A stretch of DNA of 64,000 nucleotides, taken from Eledone cirrhosa (lineage: Eukaryota). The position numbers were made by a program, and so were the translations under genes. The DNA is taken from contig OZ024757.1 in NCBI GenBank assembly GCA_964016885.1, forward strand, positions 28,520,001 through 28,584,000, written 5' to 3'. Position 1 is the first letter of the stretch. Each line of letters opens with the position of its first letter. Shown here one piece after another: positions 55,442 to 64,000 of this stretch. The notes below the pieces were generated by a model. It made no database searches, was not told the DNA's origin, and was given only the letters and a program-made list of their open reading frames with translations.

Positions 55442-55570
55442 AATTAAATATGTACATGATGCAACACTGATTCTTTCTTCTCTTATATATTAATACTATA
55501 TATATATATATATATGTATAAGGTAAAGAAATTGAAAATGCAACTGGAGTCTTTTAAGAATATTTATTTA

Positions 55571-55614
55571 TTTACTTTACCGGTTTCACAGTTCTTATAA
55601 TTTTCAAAAGTAAA
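55571..55614 (-). ncRNA. Hammerhead motif, U3-A8 core variant (copy 2)
   Basis: Minus strand: tttactt-TTGAAAA-ttataagaactgt-GAAA-ccgg-TA-aagtaaa. Perfect 7 bp stem I; palindromic stem III ACCGGT; GUA triplet; weak stem II. Confidence 0.6.
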
Positions 55615-56237
55615 ATTGAGATTGAAGGTTTGTCTTTCTGTTGTAATTTGTCTCATATATATATATGTGTGTGTGAGTATGAAATCTGTCAAAATAATAC
55701 ACACTCACACATATATATATCATCATCATCATCACTGTTTAACATCCATTTTTCCACGCTAGCATGGGTTTACATACAGCAGAATCAGTTTCAATTGAAA
55801 AGAAATATAAGTTTTTAAATGAAATATTTTTATACAGTTTTTAAAGGAATAATAAAAATAAAAAAAAACATGTTTGAACACCATTAACAAAAGTAAAAGA
55901 CATTGAAGTGTTATTTGAGGGAGAGTTGTCTGCTATGTCTAGCTGGTTAAGTGACCAAACAGAGGCAACCTCATATACTTTGTGTGTGTGTTTAGGTGTA
56001 TTTATATATGTGTATGTATGTGGTGGCAGAGGTGGGGGAGATTCATGAGTACATGTATACTTCTTTTGCACAAGCACACAAACATATACCTATATACACA
56101 CCTGAATGAATGTACTTTTTCAGTGTATATATACATGTATACAAACACACATTCATGTAAAAGTCTGTTTGTACACACACACACATATATATATATGTGT
56201 ACAAACAGCTAACTTTCTAATATATATATATATATAT

Positions 56238-57987
56238 ATCATCATCATCATCATCATCATCACCGTTTTACGTCCGTTCTTCCACGCTAGCATGGGTTAG
56301 ACGGGTTGTCCTGTTGTGGGCAGTGTCTGGTCGGCTGACCATGCCTTGCTCATACAGGAACTGATCTGGCTTGATTTCTACAGCTGGATGCCCTTCCTAA
56401 CACCAACCTCATTTACAGTGAGTGCTGGGTGCTTTTTCGTGGCGCCTACACGTCCACTTTACAGTGTGGGCTGGGTGCTTTTTTGCCGTGGCACCTCCAC
56501 GACCACCTTGCGGTGGGGGGGGGGGGCATATTGTTTATATGCTTCAGCATGTACCCATGGGAGGTCGGGTACCCTGTATTACTGCGTGACGCCAGAAGTC
56601 ACGGTCGTGTGTCATTGACTTTGAGAGGTGTAGTTGGGTAAGGTCGGCTTTTATCACCTCATCCCAAGTCATCTTGGGTCTCCCCACTCCGCGGTTTCCA
56701 TCAACTTCTAGTGCTCTGCACCTTTTTATGCAGCTGTCATCCTTCATACGCATCACATGTCCATACCAGCGTAACCGCCTCTCCTGCACGCAGCATTTGA
56801 TTCCTCTTATGCTCAGTCTCTCTCTCAATTCATTTATGCTTTGTCGTTCACGTATATTACTGTTACACATCCATCGGAGCATGCAGGCTTCGTTTCTCTC
56901 TAATCTACGTAAGTCTTCCACCTTCAGCGCCCAGGTCTCACTACCATGCAACATCGCTGTTCGGATACACGCATCATACAGTCTGCCTTTCATTCTGAGG
57001 GAGAAGCCTTTTGCAGCTAGCAGTGGTAGTAGTTCCCTAAACTTCTTCCATCCCGTTCTTACCCTAGTTATTGTACTTTCTGAGCACCCACCTCCGTTGC
57101 TAATTCGGTCACCTAGGTAGCAGAAGCTGTCTACTGTTTCTACAGGGCCCTCCCAGAGATTGGTGGTACTTGTTTCCTGTGGCTGTTTGCTTGCTGTTTC
57201 AGCACAGCTGCTGCATGTGAATCCTACATTCTTAATTAAGCTTCCTGAGATCCCGCTACATCTCTTGTGTACCCATTGTTTGCATTTGGGGCAAAGAATG
57301 GAGTTCCTACCTACACCTTTCCTACATACTGAGCAAGGCCATTTCCCTGAGGGGATCTGGGTTCTGTTTTCTCGTCTACTTATAAGGACCTTAGTCTTTG
57401 TCATGTTGACTTTGAGGCCCTTTCTCTCTAGTCCCTGCTTCCAGGTTTGGAATTTATTCTCTAGTTCTACCATAGATTCAGCTATGAGTGCGAGGTCATC
57501 AGCATACAGGAGTTCCCATGGGCATCCGGTCTTAAACTCCTCCGTTATTGCCTGCAGGACTATGATGAACAGGAGAGGGCTAAGAACAGAGCCCTGGTGG
57601 ACCCCAACCTGTACGCTAAATTCCTCGCTATACTCATTGCCAATCCTAACTTTGCTGACTGCTCCCCTATACATGGCTTGTACCGCTTTCACAAGCCATT
57701 CATCTACTCCTAGTTTTCTAAGAGCCCACCAGATTACTGCACGTGGAACTCTGTCAAAGGCTTTCTCAAGGTCGACAAATGCCAAGTAGAGTGGCTTACT
57801 TTTAGCTAGGTACTTTTCCTGTAATTGCCTCACAAGGAAGAGGGCATCAGTGGTGCCTTTCCCTGGAACAAACCCAAATTGCATCTCGTCTATATTCACC
57901 CGGTCCCTAATCAGCTGTGCTATAACTCTTTCTGTTACTTTCATGACCTGGTCCATCAACTTTATACCTCTATAGTTTCCTCTATGG
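56238..57987 (-). mobile_element. 5'-truncated RTE-clade LINE inserted in (TA)n, with (GAT)n 3' tail
   Basis: RT ORF, 3' UTR and (ATC)n tail on the + strand at about 56238-56261; TA repeats on both sides. Confidence 0.95.
56544..57959 (-). CDS. RTE LINE ORF fragment (reverse transcriptase, PHD-like insert, C-terminus), uninterrupted
   Basis: Motifs QFGFVPGKGTTDA, AFVDLEKAFDRV, GVHQGSVLSPLLF, LLYADDLAL, FCYLG, RLRWYGHVMR, GRPKMTW. The frame continues upstream as RGNYRGIKL to the truncation point; the endonuclease domain is absent. Confidence 0.93.
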   Translation of the reverse strand: MMDQVMKVTERVIAQLIRDRVNIDEMQFGFVPGKGTTDALFLVRQLQEKYLAKSKPLYLAFVDLEKAFDRVPRAVIWWALRKLGVDEWLVKAVQAMYRGAVSKVRIGNEYSEEFSVQVGVHQGSVLSPLLFIIVLQAITEEFKTGCPWELLYADDLALIAESMVELENKFQTWKQGLERKGLKVNMTKTKVLISRRENRTQIPSGKWPCSVCRKGVGRNSILCPKCKQWVHKRCSGISGSLIKNVGFTCSSCAETASKQPQETSTTNLWEGPVETVDSFCYLGDRISNGGGCSESTITRVRTGWKKFRELLPLLAAKGFSLRMKGRLYDACIRTAMLHGSETWALKVEDLRRLERNEACMLRWMCNSNIRERQSINELRERLSIRGIKCCVQERRLRWYGHVMRMKDDSCIKRCRALEVDGNRGVGRPKMTWDEVIKADLTQLHLSKSMTHDRDFWRHAVIQGTRPPMGTC

Positions 57988-58567
57988 ATATATATATACG
58001 ATATTAAATAAATGGAAACTATATTTATAAAACCATATTTATTTCATTATACATATTTCAGGGATACCAAATTAAAATATTGTATATCTACTCCAAAAAC
58101 TTGTCGAGTGCTTTATATCAGTTATAAAATATTTACTTGTTGTATCTCAACAATTTTAAATAGAACTTTTGCATATATATATATATATATATAAGTATGT
58201 ATGTATACGTACATACATTTATGTATACAGATGTACAGTAGTATGTATATATATATACACACATGCACACACATATACGTGTATATGCACGTATCGGTTT
58301 ACCGAACACTTATTATAATGCTCGGTTTGTTTGTTTGTAAACAAACAAACAGCCCAAATTATGCCATACAGTGTTTAGGCAACCACGTCACCTCTTTGTT
58401 CAACACTGACACAGGAACGATGTACTAGTTCCAAGCTATATATGTGTGTATATATATATACATACTACTGTACGTCTGTATACATAAATGTAAGTATGTA
58501 TACGTACATACATATAAGTAAGTGCCGTACTAACAGTGAGAAATGAAATTTCATTTCATTCTATTCC

Positions 58568-58569
<2 letters not shown>

Positions 58570-58653
<84 letters not shown>

Positions 58654-59194
58654 GATAATGGTAGAGCTAGACAGAATGCAGAATGTAAATGGATAGCCCT
58701 TTGTACTTAAATTATATATATATATACATATATATACACATATGTATATGTGAACATATATATGTACACATATATATATATGCATATATATATATGTATA
58801 TATATATATATGTATATATATATATGTATATATATATATGTACATATATATATATATATGTACATATATATATATATATGTACATATATATATATGTATA
58901 TATATATATGTATATATATATATATGTACATATATATATATATATGTACATATATATATATATGTACATATATATATATATGTATATATATATATATGTG
59001 TATATATATATGTATATATATGTATATATATATGTATATATATATATATGTATATATATATGTATATGTATATATATATGTATATATATATGTATATATA
59101 TATGTATATATATATGTATATATATATGTATATATATATGTATATATATATATGTATATATATATGTATATATATATATATGTATATATATATG

Positions 59195-59290
<96 letters not shown>

Positions 59291-59384
59291 TATATACATA
59301 TATATATACATATATATATACATATATATATACATATATATGGATTTGGATTTTAGTCTTCAATTTTATTATTATTACTATATG

Positions 59385-59455
<71 letters not shown>

Positions 59456-59545
59456 GTGTAAATATATATATGTATATATATATATGTATATATATATATG
59501 TATATATATATGTATATATATATATTTATATATGTATATATATAG
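58570..59545. repeat. Long interrupted (TA)n microsatellite field
   Basis: Directly visible. Similar fields at 15250-15900, 31690-32070, 43150-43660, 61597-62135 and 62686-63678. Confidence 0.97.
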
Positions 59546-60832
59546 TATGTACCGGCATGCACATACTGCAATCCCCTTTATTGTACACATGCACTTCAGC
59601 TTAAGCGAATCCTTGTTACAGGATTCGGAATTCTGCTCAAACTGTGATCGTGACGCCTGAAACTTTGGTACCGATGTATTATTGGTGTGTAAAGATTGTG
59701 TTGTGGCAGGGAAGAAGGAAGATGGTGGATGAATGATGATGAGAAGAAGAAAAGAGGAAGAAAGGACCAAACAAACAAAGTATTCCAAAAGATATAGAAA
59801 AAAAGTCACCAAATAAAAACGAAAAATAACAAGGAAAAATACTGGAGAAATAACAATGTTGAGATGTAGAAAAATGGGGGATGTGTGGTGGTGTTGGTGG
59901 GTGGTGGTGGTGGTAGTGGTGGAAATAATGATGAGGGTGGTGGTATTGGTGTTGGTGGGTAGTGGTGGTGAGGGTGTTGGTTGTGGTAGTGATAATTGTG
60001 AGGGTGGTGATGTTAGTTGTGGCAGTGATGGCGATGGTACTTTTGTCAGTGTTGTTGGTGATGATGATGATGGTGGTGGTGGTGGTGGTGGTGGTGGTGG
60101 TTTTGAAGTTGGTGACGATGGTGGTGATGAGGGGGGGGGGGGGCGTGTAGTTGGAGATGATGGTGGTCTTGTTGGGGATGAAGATAGTGACAGTGGTCTT
60201 AGTAGTGATGATGATAATGGTGGTGTTGTCGGGGATGATGATGATGATGAAGTCAATGGTGGTCTTCGTAGAGATGCTGATGGTGGTCATAGAGATGATG
60301 ATGATAATTTGTGATGGTGATTAGAATTCTTCAGCCAAGAGTCTTTCAGTTATTCTCTAGTCTCAGAGTTTCATTTCAGTGGTGATTCTGTTTCGTGCTG
60401 TGCAGAAAAAACATAAAGAAAGGGCCAGCAAATTGATTATTCCTTCTGGTTTTAGGGGCTCTTTTGACTCCCTAACTTTCTTTTATTGATTTCTGTTTCT
60501 CTTTTTTTTTTCTTTTTTGAAGTAAGCGCTGTCTATTCTACCCATCTGCCTGCCAGTCTATCTGTCTCTCCGTCTGTCTGTGTGTCTGTCTCTGTCCCTG
60601 TCCATTTTCGTGGTTATGTCCGTTCGTTCCTCCTTTCATGGTGGTGGCATGTGGACAATGGACACAATGACTGTTGCTTCCTTTTCTTTGGAAACGGTAA
60701 CAGAAGAAGCAAAATCCATTTATTCCAGCTACAATGTGTGTGTGTGTGTGTATGTGTAAATACATATATATATATGTGTGTGTGTGTAAATCTCTCTCTA
60801 TATATATATACATACATATATATATATGTAAA

Positions 60833-60880
<48 letters not shown>

Positions 60881-60923
60881 TGTGTGTGTAAATCTCTCTA
60901 TATATCTATATATATATGCATTC

Positions 60924-61030
<107 letters not shown>

Positions 61031-61426
61031 CACATATATATATATAGTGAGAGAGAGTGAGAGAATTCTTTTTTACTTATTTTCTTTATGTAGTTATTGT
61101 TGGTTGTTTTTTTTATTATTATTGAATAAATAAATAAATAATGATAGAAAGAAATGAATATTGTTGTTGTTGTAGTGATGGTGTCAGTTGTGGTGTTAGC
61201 AGTAGTTGTGGTGGTGGTGGTGGTGGTGGTGATGGTTGTTTTAGCAGTTGTGGTGATGGTGGTGGTGAAGTCCTTTTCTGATTACTTAACATTACTGACC
61301 AAACTTTGCCATCTTTACAGTTATTCCACCTATGTTGCTGTGTGTGTCTGTGTGTTGGCCAAGTGGTTAAGGAGGTTGCTTCAGAGCAGCCATATGGTTC
61401 TAGGTTCAATACAAACTGGCAAAAAA

Positions 61427-61470
<44 letters not shown>

Positions 61471-61592
61471 CACACACACATGTATATATAGAGTGAGATT
61501 ATACATTTATATATACAGGGTGTCCCCCCCAAAATGTATACACACACTTTGATGAGAATGCTGTTGAAGTGTGTATACATCTTTGTGGGGGG

Positions 61593-61636
<44 letters not shown>

Positions 61637-61712
61637 CGTGTATGTGTATACACATACATATACCATACACATACACATATATATATACACATATATACAT
61701 ATATATATATAT

Positions 61713-61745
<33 letters not shown>

Positions 61746-61916
61746 CATACATATATACATATATATATATACATACATATATACATATATACATATATAT
61801 ACATACATATATACATATATATACATACATATATACATATATATATACATACATATATACATATATATATACATACATATATACATATATATATACATAC
61901 ATATATACATATATAC

Positions 61917-61966
<50 letters not shown>

Positions 61967-62044
61967 CGTTGATGATGATGATATATATATATATATATAT
62001 ATACATACATACATATATACATATATATATATATACATATATAC

Positions 62045-62139
<95 letters not shown>

Positions 62140-62153
62140 ATAATACGCAATAA

Positions 62154-62684
62154 AGATAGACGGTAGCCACGGAGTAGGCAGACCCAGAAAAACATGGGAC
62201 GAGCTGATAAATTCCGACCTCACACGCTTACACCTCTCCAAGACAATGTCACTGGACCGAGACCTTTGGCGGTACTCAGTAATAGAGAAGACCCGCCTTA
62301 CCTAAATACAAAGTAAAAACCTACTACAGTCAGTAGGCATCTCTATCAAAACACACCCCCGTCCCACCACCTCCACCCACCCACACCACCCCTTTCAATG
62401 TAAAGTTATGCTGGTCCCACAACATCCAGGCCGAAACAAATGAGATCGTGTAGGTGTCACGACAAAAAACACACAGTCCACGCTGTAATGTGGCCGTGTA
62501 GGCAACACGGTAAAAACCTCCCAGCCCCACACTGTAAATGTGGTTGGTGTTAGGAAGGGCATCCAACTGTAGAAAACCCGCCAGACAGTCCTATGCGAGC
62601 AAGACAACCACTCTTGCCTCAAGTGGGAAAACCCCCGTCCAAACCCATGCAAGCGTGGAACACGGACGCTAAACCTGATGATGA
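62154..62684 (+). mobile_element. RTE LINE 3' end (related subfamily)
   Basis: Encodes [47 protein letters not shown] (stop 62303-62305), homologous to the C-terminus of the 56544 ORF; 3' UTR ends in (GAT)n. Confidence 0.9.
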
Positions 62685-62816
<132 letters not shown>

Positions 62817-62869
62817 CATATATACATACATATATATATACATATATACATACATATATATATACATAT

Positions 62870-62924
<55 letters not shown>

Positions 62925-62977
62925 CATATATATATACATATATACATACATATATATATATATATATACATATATAC

Positions 62978-63008
<31 letters not shown>

Positions 63009-63024
63009 CATATATACATACATA

Positions 63025-63096
<72 letters not shown>

Positions 63097-63132
63097 CATA
63101 TATATATATATATATATACATATATGTATATA

Positions 63133-63186
<54 letters not shown>

Positions 63187-63329
63187 CATATATATACATA
63201 TATATATATATATACATACATATATATACATATATATATATATATACATACATATATATATATATATACATACATATATATACATATATATATATATACA
63301 TACATATATATATACATATATATATATAC

Positions 63330-63362
<33 letters not shown>

Positions 63363-63368
63363 CATACA

Positions 63369-63408
<40 letters not shown>

Positions 63409-63413
63409 CATAC

Positions 63414-63446
<33 letters not shown>

Positions 63447-63487
63447 CATACACATATATATATATACATACACATATATATATATAC

Positions 63488-63540
<53 letters not shown>

Positions 63541-63587
63541 CATACACATATATATATATACATATATATATACATATATACACATAT

Positions 63588-63682
<95 letters not shown>

Positions 63683-64000
63683 TAGATACAGACAAATATA
63701 CAGTCAAACCTCCACCTTCTCCCTAACACAATATATTACAAATGACTTATTTTGACAATGGCTGCTATTTTCTCTTACTTGGATTTCTTTATTTTCTTCT
63801 CCTTTGCTTTGCTTAATGTTTTCTTGTTTTGTATTTTTGTTCTGTTGCTTTTTCTTAGCTTATGTCTTTTTTTTTTGTCTTGGTTATGAATCCATCCTTC
63901 ATCTCTAGTGAGTGATGTGTGTGTGTGAGTGAGTTTGTGTGTGTATGTGTCATGGATTGATATATCAAATATTGATAGATTTCAATGCAAAGAAATATAC

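Noticed and set aside
56674-57789. + strand ORFs of 148 and 209 aa
   Set aside because: Antisense shadows of the RTE ORF.

Overview
AT-rich eukaryotic (animal) genomic DNA dominated by microsatellites, minisatellites and transposon debris. The SINE families and repeat landscape resemble a coleoid cephalopod such as Octopus (inference). Almost all ORFs in the supplied track are artefacts of simple repeats. Supported content: (1) a 5'-truncated RTE LINE with an intact RT-to-C-terminus ORF carrying a PHD-type Cys/His insertion (56238-57987, -), plus RTE, CR1 and L1/Tx1-like fragments; (2) several tRNA-derived SINE families, one sharing its 3' tail with the RTE; (3) TTAA-flanked piggyBac-type MITEs and TA-flanked Tc1/mariner-type MITEs; (4) a plausible + strand host gene with very long introns (candidate first coding exon ending 41720, phase-compatible internal exon 54301-54398). 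The most striking signal is a dispersed, sequence-diverse set of type I minimal hammerhead ribozyme motifs (CUGANGA-stem II-GAAA-short palindromic stem III-UH, closed by stem I). About 8 can be folded by eye and several more are decayed; two carry the compensatory U3-A8 core. They sit in short elements next to (TA)n tracts, often as fold-back palindromes whose inversion point lies in or beside the ribozyme. This fits Penelope-like element termini or retrozyme-like elements, but no Penelope ORF is visible in the window.
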